From Actinomycetes bacterium (lineage in GTDB: Bacteria; Actinomycetota; Acidimicrobiia; Acidimicrobiales; Bog-793): a stretch of 47,667 bases of DNA. The stretch covers positions 1 to 47,667 of the forward strand of contig JAJZLV010000125.1 in the NCBI GenBank assembly GCA_021803215.1, written 5' to 3'. Of the stretch, positions 27,993 through 38,303 are shown piece after piece. The notes beneath the pieces were generated by a model that saw only the letters and a program-made list of their open reading frames with translations, did no database searches and was not told the origin of the DNA. The position numbers and the translations under genes are program-made. Within the stretch, counting starts at the first letter, position 1. Each line of letters starts with the position of its first letter.

Positions 27993-28592
27993 TCAGGAGG
28001 GCTTCCCACTTCCCCTCGGCCGAGCGACCCCGCCAGAGAAAGGAGTCGGCCACAGAAGATCGGCGAGCTCCGAGACGAGTCCGAGGAGCTCGTTCGCCGT
28101 GGCGAGGTAAGCCGAGAGGGGACGACCGATCGGGTCACTCACGTCGTCGCTCGTAGAGGCTCCGAGGAGCTCTGATCGCTCGCGGCCCATGCCGACACGC
28201 GCCGTCCACTCCTCAGGGCTGTCGCTACTTGCTCTCGGTCCGACCTGGCCACCGCGCCGCACGAGCTCTTTCAAGGTGAACGATCGGTCCCAGCTCGTCG
28301 GCGACATGACCACTGTGTGACGCACGTGCTCTCGAGCCATTCCAATCACGACGTCGGCTGCCTCGAGGTCTTCAGCTGTCAGCTCGAGGCTCTCTCGCGA
28401 GAGGGAGCTCGTCTCCTCCCCGAGGCGTCTCAGGCTCGTCGTCACCTCCGATGGCACGACCCGTCCCCCCGGCAGGATCCCTCTCGAGAACACACGACCG
28501 GAGACGCCTCGCGCCGCCAGCTGGCCCGTCATGAACGCCTCAGCCATCCGCGAACGGCAGGTGTTGCCTGTACAGACAAAGAGAATCCTCAC
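27993..28592 (-). CDS. Low-molecular-weight protein tyrosine phosphatase
   Basis: ILFVCTGNTCRS (CX5R), ADVVIGMAREH, SFTLKE, DVSDP. Confidence 0.9.
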   Translation of the reverse strand: MRILFVCTGNTCRSRMAEAFMTGQLAARGVSGRVFSRGILPGGRVVPSEVTTSLRRLGEETSSLSRESLELTAEDLEAADVVIGMAREHVRHTVVMSPTSWDRSFTLKELVRRGGQVGPRASSDSPEEWTARVGMGRERSELLGASTSDDVSDPIGRPLSAYLATANELLGLVSELADLLWPTPFSGGVARPRGSGKPS

Positions 28593-28948
28593 TCGCCATC
28601 TCGGCTCGCCGGCCTCAGCGCTCCACACAGGAACCTACTGCTGGCCGGTCGACAAGCCGCCTCCCGGGTGAGATCGTAGAGGAGGTCCTCTTGAAGCCGA
28701 GACGTGGGAGCGATCGGCTCGGCACTGCATGACAGGGCACCGAACCATCCGCCCGCTGCCGACTGGGCGTTCGATGACATGCCGCCCCCTCCCGCCAGCA
28801 ACATGGGGCAACCCGCCTCGGGGTTCGGCTACCAGCATTCAACCACTGGGCCCGGGCCAGTCGTAGGTCCAGCGAAGGGGACCGGCACCCGTCATGCCAG
28901 CGGCTCGCGGTGAGCCGTCTCACCCGATGTGGCCCTACTCGAGCCGCC

Positions 28949-29908
28949 TCACTTGAGGTCGAGGCGTTTGGCGAACCAGCTGATCGTACGCAGCAATCCG
29001 TCGGTCAAAGTCACCTCGGGTGCCCAGCCGAGCAACTCTCCCGCTCGTGTGATGTCAGGCTGGCGCCTCGCTGGATCGTCCTGCAGTGCCTCGAGTTGGA
29101 CTACCTCGGACGACGAACCCGTCGCCTCGAGCACCTGGCTCGCCAACTCGAGCACCGTCAGCTCCGTCGGGTTGCCGAGGTTCACCGGCCCGGTGACGCC
29201 CCGAGCATCGAGTGCCGCCACAAGCCCGGAGATGAGGTCGCTTTGGTAGCACAGACTGCGCGTCTGGCGACCGTCGCCGTAGATGGTGAGCGGACGACCC
29301 GTGAGAGCTTGCACGATGAAGTTCGAGACAACCCGCCCGTCACCCGCCCGAAGGCGCGGGCCATAGGTATTGAAGATGCGGACGATCACGACGTCAACGC
29401 CCCGCTCGCGCGCCCACGCCATCGAAAGGGCCTCGGCGAAGCGCTTGGACTCGTCGTAGACACTCCGCGGCCCGATCGGGTTCACGTTGCCCCAGTAGGT
29501 CTCGGGCTGCGGGTGGACGATCGGGTCACCGTACACCTCGCTCGTCGAGGCGAGCAGGTAACGGGCCCCTTGCTCGGCGGCCAGCCGGAGACAGGCCTCG
29601 GTTCCCCGGCTGCCGGCGTCGAGGGTCTGGAGCGGGAGCCGGAAGTAATCGGCTGGTGACGCCGGGCTCGCCAGGTGCGCTACGACGTCGACCGGCCCGT
29701 CGATCGTGAGTCGTTCGGTGATGTCGGCACGGACGAGCGAGAAGCCCTCCTTCCCCAACAGGTGCGACACGTTGGTACCGTCACTCGTCGAGAGGTTGTC
29801 GACGCAGACGACTTCGTACCCGCGAGCAAGGAGCGCCTCGCAGAGATGCGAGCCGAGAAAGCCCGCCCCGCCCGTGACAACGGCCCGCCCCGTCGATCCC
29901 CCGGTCAC
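28949..29908 (-). CDS. UDP-glucuronic acid decarboxylase (UDP-xylose synthase-like SDR)
   Basis: TGGAGFLGSH, HLASPASP, ASTSEVYGDP, YWGNVNPIGPRSVYDESKR, RIFNTYGP, GDGRQTRS. Confidence 0.92.
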   Translation of the reverse strand: MTGGSTGRAVVTGGAGFLGSHLCEALLARGYEVVCVDNLSTSDGTNVSHLLGKEGFSLVRADITERLTIDGPVDVVAHLASPASPADYFRLPLQTLDAGSRGTEACLRLAAEQGARYLLASTSEVYGDPIVHPQPETYWGNVNPIGPRSVYDESKRFAEALSMAWARERGVDVVIVRIFNTYGPRLRAGDGRVVSNFIVQALTGRPLTIYGDGRQTRSLCYQSDLISGLVAALDARGVTGPVNLGNPTELTVLELASQVLEATGSSSEVVQLEALQDDPARRQPDITRAGELLGWAPEVTLTDGLLRTISWFAKRLDLK

Positions 29909-31191
29909 AGGATGCCGATTCCTTCATATTCGAAGCCAGCCCGGCGAAGAGCCGCCGCGTCGAGGAGGTTGCGGGAGTCGACGATGGCGCGGCGGGCCAT
30001 GGCATTACCGACCTTGTCGAAGTCCAACGAGCGGAACTCCTCCCATTCGGTGGCAAGCACGATCACGGAGGCGCCCTCGCAGGCTGCATAGGCGTCGCCG
30101 GCAACCCCGATACCGTCGAGCGGACTACAAAGCGTTGGGTCGTACGCGGTCACCGTGGCGCCAGCCTCGCGAAGACGCCAGGCAACCTCGAGCGCGGGCG
30201 AGGAACGTAGATCGTCCGTGCGCGCCTTGAACGTCACACCCCACAGGGCGACGCGTACACCCGATAGGCTCCCGCCAGCCAGCCGGGCGGCCTTTCGGAC
30301 GACGCGGTCGTACTGCTCCTGATTGACGGCTATAACACCCTTCAGGAGGCTGAAGTCGTAGCCGGCCTCCTCGGCAATCTGCACGAGGGCGGCCGAATCC
30401 TTCGGAAAACAGGAGCCGCCCCACCCAGGTCCTGGGCGGAGGTAGCTCGAGCCGATACGCGGGTCAAGCCCCATCCCGACACAGACCTGGTGAACATCCG
30501 CGCCGACGGCTTCACACAACGCTGCCACCGAGTTCACGAAGCTCACCTTTGTCGCCAGGAAGGCATTAGAGGCGTACTTGATGGTCTCGGCGGTGGGCGG
30601 GTTGGTGAAAATCACCGGTGCGTCGATCCCGGCAAACAACCTTGAGACCCGTACGGCAGTCTCCTCGTCGAGCGCCCCGATCACAATCCGGTGGGGATGC
30701 AGGAAGTCGTGCACGGCTGACCCTTCCCGCAGGAATTCCGGGTTGGAGGCGATGCGCACGTCGCTTCGTCCAAGCAGTCCTCCGACAACGTCGGCCGTGC
30801 CGACCGGAACCGTTGATTTGTTAACCACGATCGATTCGTCTCTCAAATGCGGCCCGATCTCGGCCGCCACCGCCTCTACGAAGCTCATGTCGGGCGCGCC
30901 GTCGGGGCCCTCAGGCGTCGGCAGGCAGAGAAAGATGAACTCTGCGTCCTCGACTGCCCAAGTATTGTCAGCACCAAATGCGAGACGGCCGGCGGCGCAC
31001 CCTCTTCGGATGAGGTCCTCGAGATCGTCCTCCAGGATCGAGATCCTGCCCGAGCGGAGGAGTTTTATGCGCGCTGTGTCGCAATCGCTGCAGCGCACCT
31101 CGTGACCGAGGTGGGCTAAGCCGGCTGCCGTGGTCAGGCCGACGTACCCGGCACCGATGACGGCAACATGCTGGTACCCGGGCGAGGTCAC
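29905..31191 (-). CDS. ugd: UDP-glucose 6-dehydrogenase
   Basis: GAGYVG, NKSTVPVGT, SNPEFLREG, KYASNAFLATK, GWGGSCFPKD, TDDLRSS; start placed at GTG 31191. Confidence 0.92.
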   Translation of the reverse strand: MTSPGYQHVAVIGAGYVGLTTAAGLAHLGHEVRCSDCDTARIKLLRSGRISILEDDLEDLIRRGCAAGRLAFGADNTWAVEDAEFIFLCLPTPEGPDGAPDMSFVEAVAAEIGPHLRDESIVVNKSTVPVGTADVVGGLLGRSDVRIASNPEFLREGSAVHDFLHPHRIVIGALDEETAVRVSRLFAGIDAPVIFTNPPTAETIKYASNAFLATKVSFVNSVAALCEAVGADVHQVCVGMGLDPRIGSSYLRPGPGWGGSCFPKDSAALVQIAEEAGYDFSLLKGVIAVNQEQYDRVVRKAARLAGGSLSGVRVALWGVTFKARTDDLRSSPALEVAWRLREAGATVTAYDPTLCSPLDGIGVAGDAYAACEGASVIVLATEWEEFRSLDFDKVGNAMARRAIVDSRNLLDAAALRRAGFEYEGIGIL

Positions 31192-31645
31192 GCGCCGCTC
31201 TGGGCGCAGCGCTCGGGGTTGACGGAGATAATGAGCCTGGCGGCCTCGCGCCACGCCACCCCGTCGCCCGATCCGTTGTCAACGACGAAGAATCGGAATG
31301 GATCCAGCACAGGCGAGATACTGCCACAGCCGAGGGTCGTAATCTGACAGACGGGGTGCACCACGCACTTGTCGCGCTTGATCGACCATTTGTTCATCGC
31401 TGTCGGAATGGAGTTGGCCTTGGAGAACCATCACCTTGTGGTCCGACACCCCCAAGCCGTCCGGAAAGGCAAGGCAGCCAACCCGTGCGTTCCGGTCGAG
31501 CATGTCTTGCCGCACGAACGGCGCCGGGGCTCAGATCCCTGAATCAACCCACATTCATGCCGGGAGGCCCATAATTGGCACTGGCGGCCCACCCACGGTA
31601 GCCTCTGTCCTCGGACCACGCAGCAACTCGTGGGAGGGGGGAATA

Positions 31646-32623
31646 GTGCCATTACCGAAGGATGCGCGCATCTTCGTCGCCGGGCATGCCGGTCTGGTCG
31701 GATCTGCGGTGCTCCGGAAACTCAAGGCTGAGGGCTACACAACTCTCCTCGTCGCTCGGCGCGACCAGCTTGATTTGCGCGACCAGGCGGCGGTCAACTA
31801 CTGGTTCCGGGCCAACCGACCCGAGTACGTGTATCTCGTGGCAGGCACGGTCGGTGGCATCATGGCCAACTCCACCCGGCCCGCGGAGTTCCTCTACGAC
31901 AACATGATGATCCACGGCACCGTGGTCCATGCGTCCTACCTCTACGACGTGACGAAGCTGTTGTACCTCGGCAGCTCGTGCATCTACCCCCGTCAAGCCA
32001 CCCAGCCGATCACGGAGGACCAGCTGCTCACGGGTCCGCTGGAGACGACCAACGAGGCCTACGCCCTGGCGAAGATCGCCGGCATAAAGTTGTGCTCGTC
32101 CTACCGCGCGCAGTACGGCAGCAATTTCATCTCGGCGATGCCGACCAACTTGTACGGTCCGAATGACAACTTCGACCTCAACAGCAGCCACGTTCTCCCC
32201 GCTCTGATCCGCAAGTTCCACGACGCGAAGACGAGCTCGAGGACGCAGGTCGAGATCTGGGGAACGGGCAGCGCCATGCGGGAGTTTCTACACGTCGACG
32301 ACCTCGCCGATGCTTGCCTGTTCCTCATGGAGCACTACGAAGAGCCGGACCACATCAACATAGGCACTGGCGACGATCGCAGCATCCGGGCGCTGGCAGA
32401 GCTCGTCCGCGACATCGTGTACCCCGCGGCCGAGCTGGCGTTTGACACGAGTAAGCCCGATGGCACGCCGCGCAAGGTGCTCGACGTCTCCAAGCTCCGC
32501 TCGCTCGGCTGGTCGCCCACGATCGGCCTGGAGGACGGCATCCGCTCCACCTACCAGTGGTTCCTCAGCGCGTTGCAAACTGACGAGGTGAGAGGGCGAG
32601 AAGCGGTCCCCGCCGCGACGTGA
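31646..32623 (+). CDS. fcl: GDP-L-fucose synthase
   Basis: AGHAGLVGSA, VGGIMAN, LGSSCIYP, YALAK, MPTNLYGPNDNF, SHVLPALIRK, REFLHVDD, KPDGTPRK; RBS GGAGG before GTG 31646. Confidence 0.95.
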   Translation: MPLPKDARIFVAGHAGLVGSAVLRKLKAEGYTTLLVARRDQLDLRDQAAVNYWFRANRPEYVYLVAGTVGGIMANSTRPAEFLYDNMMIHGTVVHASYLYDVTKLLYLGSSCIYPRQATQPITEDQLLTGPLETTNEAYALAKIAGIKLCSSYRAQYGSNFISAMPTNLYGPNDNFDLNSSHVLPALIRKFHDAKTSSRTQVEIWGTGSAMREFLHVDDLADACLFLMEHYEEPDHINIGTGDDRSIRALAELVRDIVYPAAELAFDTSKPDGTPRKVLDVSKLRSLGWSPTIGLEDGIRSTYQWFLSALQTDEVRGREAVPAAT

Positions 32624-33333
32624 CCACGTCATCGAGCTCGATCCGCTATGCGAATGGTCGGGTCAAGCGGGCCTTCGACTTGACAGCCGGCGTGGCGCTG
32701 AGCATCGTGACCGCGCCAATAATCTTGCTGCTCGCCGTCGGGTCGGCTGTGAGCTTCCGAGCCTGGCCCCTGTTCGTGCAAGAGCGCCTCGGTCGAGGCG
32801 GGCGTACGTTCTGCTTCCTAAAGCTGCGCTCGCTGCCGACAGACACCCCGACCGACGTTGACAAGGTCGCGATCACCACCATCACAAACACCCGGTGGGG
32901 CGAGTTCCTCCGCTCGTCCCACCTCGACGAGTTGCCCCAGTGCTGGCTGGTCGTCACGGGCCGCATGAGCCTGGTCGGTCCCCGGCCTGAGATGCCGGCC
33001 CTGGCGGCTACGTACGACGCCGCCTTCGTGGAGGAACGCCTGGCGGTGCGCCCCGGCATCACCGGCCCGTGGCAGGTGAGCACGGCGGCTTCGGGGCTGA
33101 TCGGCGAAGCACCCGAGCTCGACCGCCTCTACCTGGCCCATGCCGGGCCGCGGCTCGACGGCTGGGTATTGTTGCGGACCGTCGGCGGACTTGTCGGCTT
33201 GCAGCGGTTACCTCTTGATCGCTTCCCCGCGTGGGCTTGCAACGGTCCAGCCCCTACTGGTGCGCCGATACCAGATGTCGCCGTCGCCGGACAAGTGGAA
33301 GACGTTATACGGCCGCCGGAATACTCGTCGTGA
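32620..33333 (+). CDS. Priming sugar transferase (phosphoglycosyl transferase)
   Basis: KRAFD, FVQERLG, KLRS, LDELPQ, GRMSLVGPRP, RPGITGPWQV. Confidence 0.92.
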   Translation: MTTSSSSIRYANGRVKRAFDLTAGVALSIVTAPIILLLAVGSAVSFRAWPLFVQERLGRGGRTFCFLKLRSLPTDTPTDVDKVAITTITNTRWGEFLRSSHLDELPQCWLVVTGRMSLVGPRPEMPALAATYDAAFVEERLAVRPGITGPWQVSTAASGLIGEAPELDRLYLAHAGPRLDGWVLLRTVGGLVGLQRLPLDRFPAWACNGPAPTGAPIPDVAVAGQVEDVIRPPEYSS

Positions 33334-34124
33334 GCGACACTCGGGGCCTCTCCGCGGGCACGAAGGGCTGTACACCCTCGTTCACCTGCTGCTCAGTGCG
33401 CATCGACGCCCACACACTCGAGTCGGCCGTTGACGCGCTGCTTACGCGGCCCGATCCGCGCGAGGGCCGGTCCGTCCACCTGTGCAACGCCTACACCTTG
33501 TCATTGGCCCGGCGCGACCTCGAGTTGCGCCGTCGCCTCAACCAAGGCAGCCTCAACTTGCCCGACGGCATGCCGCTGATCTGGGTGGGCCGGCGTCTCG
33601 GCCTCGACTACCTGGAGGGTCGTGTCTACGGGCCCGATCTGATGATCGCTGCTATGGACCGCGGTCGAGAGATCGGTCTGCGTCACTACCTGCATGGCTC
33701 CACTGACGCGGTACTGATGGAGCTCGAGGCCGAGCTGCTGCGGCGCCTGCCCGGGGTTCACATCGTGGGGCGGGACGCGCCACCCTTCCGCGAACCCACT
33801 GCCGACGAGCAGTCCGCGCTCGAGCAGCGCTTGGTCAACCTTGGACCCGACATCGTGTGGGTGGGTCTCGGGACACCGAAACAGGACGCGTTCGTCCACC
33901 ACTTCCGCCACCGGGTCCCGTCGACTTTCGTGGGTGTGGGCGCGGCGTTTGACTTCATCTCCGGGGCCAAGCGTCAGGCGCCGGTGTGGATGCAGAAGCG
34001 GGGCCTCGAGTGGGCGTACCGCCTGGCCCGCGAGCCACGGAGGCTGGGGAGGCGTTACCTCATCGGCAACGCCCGCTTCGTGACCGGCATAGTATGCGAG
34101 CGCCCGAAGGTCGAGGTGCCGTAG
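33330..34124 (+). CDS. WecB/TagA/CpsF family glycosyltransferase
   Basis: PDGMPL, RVYGPDL, VWVGLGTPKQ, GVGAAFDF, QAPVWMQKRGLEWAYRL, EPRRL. Confidence 0.93.
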   Translation: MSDTRGLSAGTKGCTPSFTCCSVRIDAHTLESAVDALLTRPDPREGRSVHLCNAYTLSLARRDLELRRRLNQGSLNLPDGMPLIWVGRRLGLDYLEGRVYGPDLMIAAMDRGREIGLRHYLHGSTDAVLMELEAELLRRLPGVHIVGRDAPPFREPTADEQSALEQRLVNLGPDIVWVGLGTPKQDAFVHHFRHRVPSTFVGVGAAFDFISGAKRQAPVWMQKRGLEWAYRLAREPRRLGRRYLIGNARFVTGIVCERPKVEVP

Positions 34125-34143
34125 TGGCGACGGATGGTCACCG

Positions 34144-34971
34144 GTGGATGTAAGAAAGCGGGTGAAGCGGAGTTCGCTCGCTCCTCTTGCGGCCTTTGCA
34201 AGCCGGGCGCGGACAGTAACGAGCTATGAGTGGCGCCAGGCCAGGCGATCCTGGGCGTGGCTCATCGGTTCCCACGAGTACACCAACTTCACCTACGAGC
34301 TGACCACCGAGAACGTCGTCGAGATGGCTTGGTTCGTGTCGGCAGTGACCGGACTTGGGTTCGACGACTCCTTCGGGTACATCGAGGAGCTTCACAACGA
34401 CCAGGCCTTGCTCGATCACCTCCGCCGTGCTGTCGCCGATTCGCCACTGCGCCGCGTCATGGATCCTGAGCCGCGTTACGGACGTCGAGCCGCTTGGTAC
34501 GCAATCGTTCGGGCTATGCGCCCGCAGCACGTCGTGGAAACCGGGGTCGACAAGGGACTCGGCTCCTGTGTGTTTGCCGCCGCGCTGCTCCGTAACGCGG
34601 ACGAGGGTCACCGTGGCCGCTTGACCGCGCACGACATCAACCGGGATGCCGGCGCGCTGATCGGCGGGGAGTACGCATCGGTCATCGACCTTCGCTTTGG
34701 CGACTCGATCACGATGCTGGCTGGGTCCGCCACACCGGTCGACTTGTTCCTCCATGACAGCGACCATCGATACGAGCATGAATCCGCCGAGTACCGAGCC
34801 GTCGCGGGGTCTCTCACTGAGAGTGCACTCGTCATGACCGACCATGGCGGCCCAGCCCTGAGCGACTTCGCCAGGGCCAGCGGTCGGCGCTTCTTGGCGT
34901 TCCGAGAGGATCCGGCTGATCACTGGGCGCCCGGAGGCGTACTCGGTGTGGCCATGCATGTGGCGACGTAA
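34144..34971 (+). CDS. Class I SAM-dependent methyltransferase
   Basis: VVETGVDKGLGS, GDS, VDLFLHDSDHRY. Confidence 0.85.
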   Translation: MDVRKRVKRSSLAPLAAFASRARTVTSYEWRQARRSWAWLIGSHEYTNFTYELTTENVVEMAWFVSAVTGLGFDDSFGYIEELHNDQALLDHLRRAVADSPLRRVMDPEPRYGRRAAWYAIVRAMRPQHVVETGVDKGLGSCVFAAALLRNADEGHRGRLTAHDINRDAGALIGGEYASVIDLRFGDSITMLAGSATPVDLFLHDSDHRYEHESAEYRAVAGSLTESALVMTDHGGPALSDFARASGRRFLAFREDPADHWAPGGVLGVAMHVAT

Positions 34972-35017
34972 TGCTTGACGAACGGGCCCACCGCCCGTCA
35001 AGCATCGGGGTGCCGGC

Positions 35018-37009
35018 ATGAGAGTCCTCGTGGTGCACAATCGCTACCGCGCCGCGCTCCCCTCGGGCGAGAACATGGTCGTCGACCGGGACGTCGCCAT
35101 GCTTCGCGACGCTGGCGTCGAGGTCGACACCTACATCCGCGACAGCGACGAGATCGAGCACTTTGGACCCGTCAAGCGGGCGGGACTGGCGGTACGACCG
35201 ATCTACTCCCTCGAAGATGCCAAGGCGTTCAAAGCGCGGATCCAGTCGTTCGGCCCCGACGTGGTGCACCTGCACAATCCCTACCCGTTGATCTCGCCGG
35301 CGATCATCCGAGTGGCGAAGGCAGAGGGTGTGCCGGTGATACAGACCGTGCACAATTACCGCTTCGCCTGTGCAAACGGCCTGTACTTCCGGGACGGCCG
35401 CGTGTGCCAGGACTGCCTCGGCAAGCGGGCGCCCTGGCCGGCTGTGTGGCACGGCTGCTACCGGGGCTCAATGACACAAAGCGGCATCATGGCGAGCTCG
35501 CTGGCCGTACATCGACGCACCTGGCAGATGGTCGATCGCTTCCTGGCGGTGAGCGAGTTCCTGGCGGAGCAGCTCGTGGCAGCGGGGGTGCCGCCGGGGA
35601 AGATCACGGTGAAGCCCAATGCCGCGCCCGACCCAGGGGAGCCGGAACCGATCGGCGAGGGGTTCCTCTTCGCCGGGCGACTTGCCGTGGAGAAGGGTAT
35701 CAACCTCCTACTTGAAGCCTGGCGCCTGTCGAACCTCGGTGGAGCGACGACTCTGACCATCGTCGGCGATGGCCCGGAGCACAACACTGTCCAGCAGGCA
35801 GCGCACATCGACCCAAGCATCAGCTATCTCGGATCGGTGACCAGCGACCGGATCGGTCAACTGCTCGAAGACTGCGCCGTTCGGGTCGCCCCGTCGCTCT
35901 GGTTCGAGGCCCAACCGCTGGCGGTCATCGAGTCGTACGCGAGGGGTCGGCCGGTCATTTCGACGAGCGTGGGCGCCAACGCCGGTGTCGTGAGTGACGA
36001 GGTCGGTTGGATCTGTCCGACGACGAGTGCCGTCGATCTGGCAGAGACGATCCGGCACGCGTTCGGAGACCACAGCGGCACACGCGTCCGCGGCATGGCT
36101 GCCCGATCGCTGTACGAGCGCTCGTATCGCCCTAGTGAGGCGACCCGATCCCTACTCGAGATCTACCACGGGCTCGAACGGGTGACGGCTTGCAGCACTG
36201 GCAACCCTTTTCTGAGTGGCGATCGCCTCTACGGTGAGGACCTCAGCGACGAGGAGACCGCCAGGTGGGTGGCCGATGAGCGCGAAGCTTACGCCGAGCT
36301 CGGACCGGGAGAGCTGCCCGCCGAGTCGTACCGGCGAGGCTACTTCGACCACTTCCACGGAGTGAGCCGCCTGCCTGACGGCCGGTTCAAGAGCGTGCTC
36401 GGCCTCGGGAGCGCACAGGGCGGCGAGTTCCTGGCGATCATCGACCGCATCGACGAGCTGACGATCGTCGAACCCTCACGGAAGCTGCGATCGGACCGCC
36501 TCGGTGGCTTGCAGCCCCGCTACGTCGACCCGAGCCCTGACGCGGCCCTCCCGTTCCCCGAGGCCTCGTTCGACCTCGTGTTCTGTCTTAGCGTGCTGCA
36601 CCACATCCCCAAGGTCTCGGCCCAGGTTCGCGAACTGGCTCGAGTACTCTCTCCTGGGGGGTACATGCTGGTTCTTGAGCCGATCGTGTCCCTCGGCGAT
36701 TGGACCGGTCCCCGCAAGGCGGGGCTGACCAAACGTGAGCGCGGCATCCCCCTCTCGCTCCTTCGCTCCATGCTCACCGATGAGGGTCTGGTGATCGAGT
36801 ACGAGGCACTGTGCGACTTCCCGATCACACGACGTCTGCCCCGCGGCTACGACTCTGTCTGGTCGGTTCAGCTCGATCGTCTGCTGTCGCAAGCTACCGC
36901 CTGGAACTACCGCTACCACCCCACGTCTGCGATCCAGAAGCTCCGTCCGACCGGCTCGTTCTTCGTGGTGACCAAACCAAACTCGCCGGCCTCGGTCTCC
37001 GTACCATGA
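35018..37009 (+). CDS. GT4 glycosyltransferase fused to a class I SAM methyltransferase
   Basis: N: MRVLVVHNRY, SGE, VVHLHN, TVHNYR, FAGRLAVEKG, PSLWFE. C: VLGLGSAQG, LPFPEASFDLV, VLHHIP, RVLSPGG. Confidence 0.88.
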   Translation: MRVLVVHNRYRAALPSGENMVVDRDVAMLRDAGVEVDTYIRDSDEIEHFGPVKRAGLAVRPIYSLEDAKAFKARIQSFGPDVVHLHNPYPLISPAIIRVAKAEGVPVIQTVHNYRFACANGLYFRDGRVCQDCLGKRAPWPAVWHGCYRGSMTQSGIMASSLAVHRRTWQMVDRFLAVSEFLAEQLVAAGVPPGKITVKPNAAPDPGEPEPIGEGFLFAGRLAVEKGINLLLEAWRLSNLGGATTLTIVGDGPEHNTVQQAAHIDPSISYLGSVTSDRIGQLLEDCAVRVAPSLWFEAQPLAVIESYARGRPVISTSVGANAGVVSDEVGWICPTTSAVDLAETIRHAFGDHSGTRVRGMAARSLYERSYRPSEATRSLLEIYHGLERVTACSTGNPFLSGDRLYGEDLSDEETARWVADEREAYAELGPGELPAESYRRGYFDHFHGVSRLPDGRFKSVLGLGSAQGGEFLAIIDRIDELTIVEPSRKLRSDRLGGLQPRYVDPSPDAALPFPEASFDLVFCLSVLHHIPKVSAQVRELARVLSPGGYMLVLEPIVSLGDWTGPRKAGLTKRERGIPLSLLRSMLTDEGLVIEYEALCDFPITRRLPRGYDSVWSVQLDRLLSQATAWNYRYHPTSAIQKLRPTGSFFVVTKPNSPASVSVP

Positions 37010-38184
37010 GGGTGCTCCTCGTGCTCGGCTACAGCCTCCCGACCCAGCAGGCCCTCTGGGAGGAGGTGTCGCGGCGAGACGTCGACCTGCACGTGGCTTA
37101 CACGCTTGATATCCCCCAAAGCGGAGAGGTCGGCCCACCCGAGTTCGGGACAAGACATGAGCTAGCGGGTGTCCGGGTCCGCGGGGACCGCCTCACCTGG
37201 ATGGGCTACCGGGGACTCAGCAGGCTCATCAAGGAACTCCGACCCGATCTCGTTCATGTCCTCAACGAGCCGTGGTCAGTGGTGGTCCTCCAAGCCCTCC
37301 ATGCACGAGCTCGTCATGTGGTGACCCACGGCTGCGAGAACCTATGGGACCAGGGAGGACCTCTCGAATACAGGGCGCGACGTCATGTCACCCGGCGTAA
37401 TCTCCGCCGCACGAGTGGATTCGTCTCCTGGAACAGCGAGGGAGTCACTTGGGCTCGGCGCAGAGGACTACCACCGCCCAGTCCGGCGATCGTCCTCTGC
37501 GCCGAGCTACCTCGACTCGATCACTTCAACCATCCCGAACGGCGACGTGCGGCAGGCCGAGAACGATGGGGATTCGACCAGGAGTTCGTCTTCGGATATG
37601 TCGGGCGACTCGTCTCTGAAAAGGGACTCGACTGGCTGCTGGACTCGTGGAGAGCTGCCAATCTGCCTGATCACGCCCGTCTGGTATTCGTCGGGGGAGG
37701 GCCGATGGAAGCCGCGATCCGCTTTGCCGCGGCCGCCGACGCACGGATCCGGCTCATCGGCCCGGTACCGTTGGGCCAAGTTCCCACAGTGATGGCCTCA
37801 CTCGATGCGCTAATTCTGCCTTCGCTGACAACGCGAGATTGGCGTGAGCAGTACGGGCGGGTGATCACGGAAGCCATGGCATCAGGGGTACCTGTGATTG
37901 CCAGTGATTCCGGCGCCATTCCCGAAGTCGTCGGAGATGCCGGCATCATAGTCGGCGAGCGATCGACAGCAGAGCTCGCCGCGGAACTCCGGCGAGTGAG
38001 CCTCGATCAGGCATTGCACCGCTCGCTCGCGGCAGCCGGCGTGGCGCGGGCACAGACGACCTTTTCACCCGCACTCGGGGCTGACCGCCTGCTTGGTTTG
38101 TGGGCGGCGGTAGCGGAGGATATCGGTACCGTGACGCACACTGCCGGCAATGCTCGCTCGACATCGGCCGGCGAAGAGTTATGA
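37006..38184 (+). CDS. GT4 glycosyltransferase
   Basis: GYVGRLVSEKG, LPSLTT, WREQYGRVITEAMASGVPVIASDSGAIPEVVGDAG; ATGA coupling. Confidence 0.92.
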   Translation: MRVLLVLGYSLPTQQALWEEVSRRDVDLHVAYTLDIPQSGEVGPPEFGTRHELAGVRVRGDRLTWMGYRGLSRLIKELRPDLVHVLNEPWSVVVLQALHARARHVVTHGCENLWDQGGPLEYRARRHVTRRNLRRTSGFVSWNSEGVTWARRRGLPPPSPAIVLCAELPRLDHFNHPERRRAAGRERWGFDQEFVFGYVGRLVSEKGLDWLLDSWRAANLPDHARLVFVGGGPMEAAIRFAAAADARIRLIGPVPLGQVPTVMASLDALILPSLTTRDWREQYGRVITEAMASGVPVIASDSGAIPEVVGDAGIIVGERSTAELAAELRRVSLDQALHRSLAAAGVARAQTTFSPALGADRLLGLWAAVAEDIGTVTHTAGNARSTSAGEEL

Positions 38185-38303
38185 GCGACCCGAATCCTTT
38201 CAACCTCCCAGCCGTCGCTGGCGCCACGAGAAGCGGCTTCAAGCGACTCTGCGCTACCCGGCTGTACTCGTGTCCAGTGGACGCCCTTCGATGCCGATGA
38301 AGC

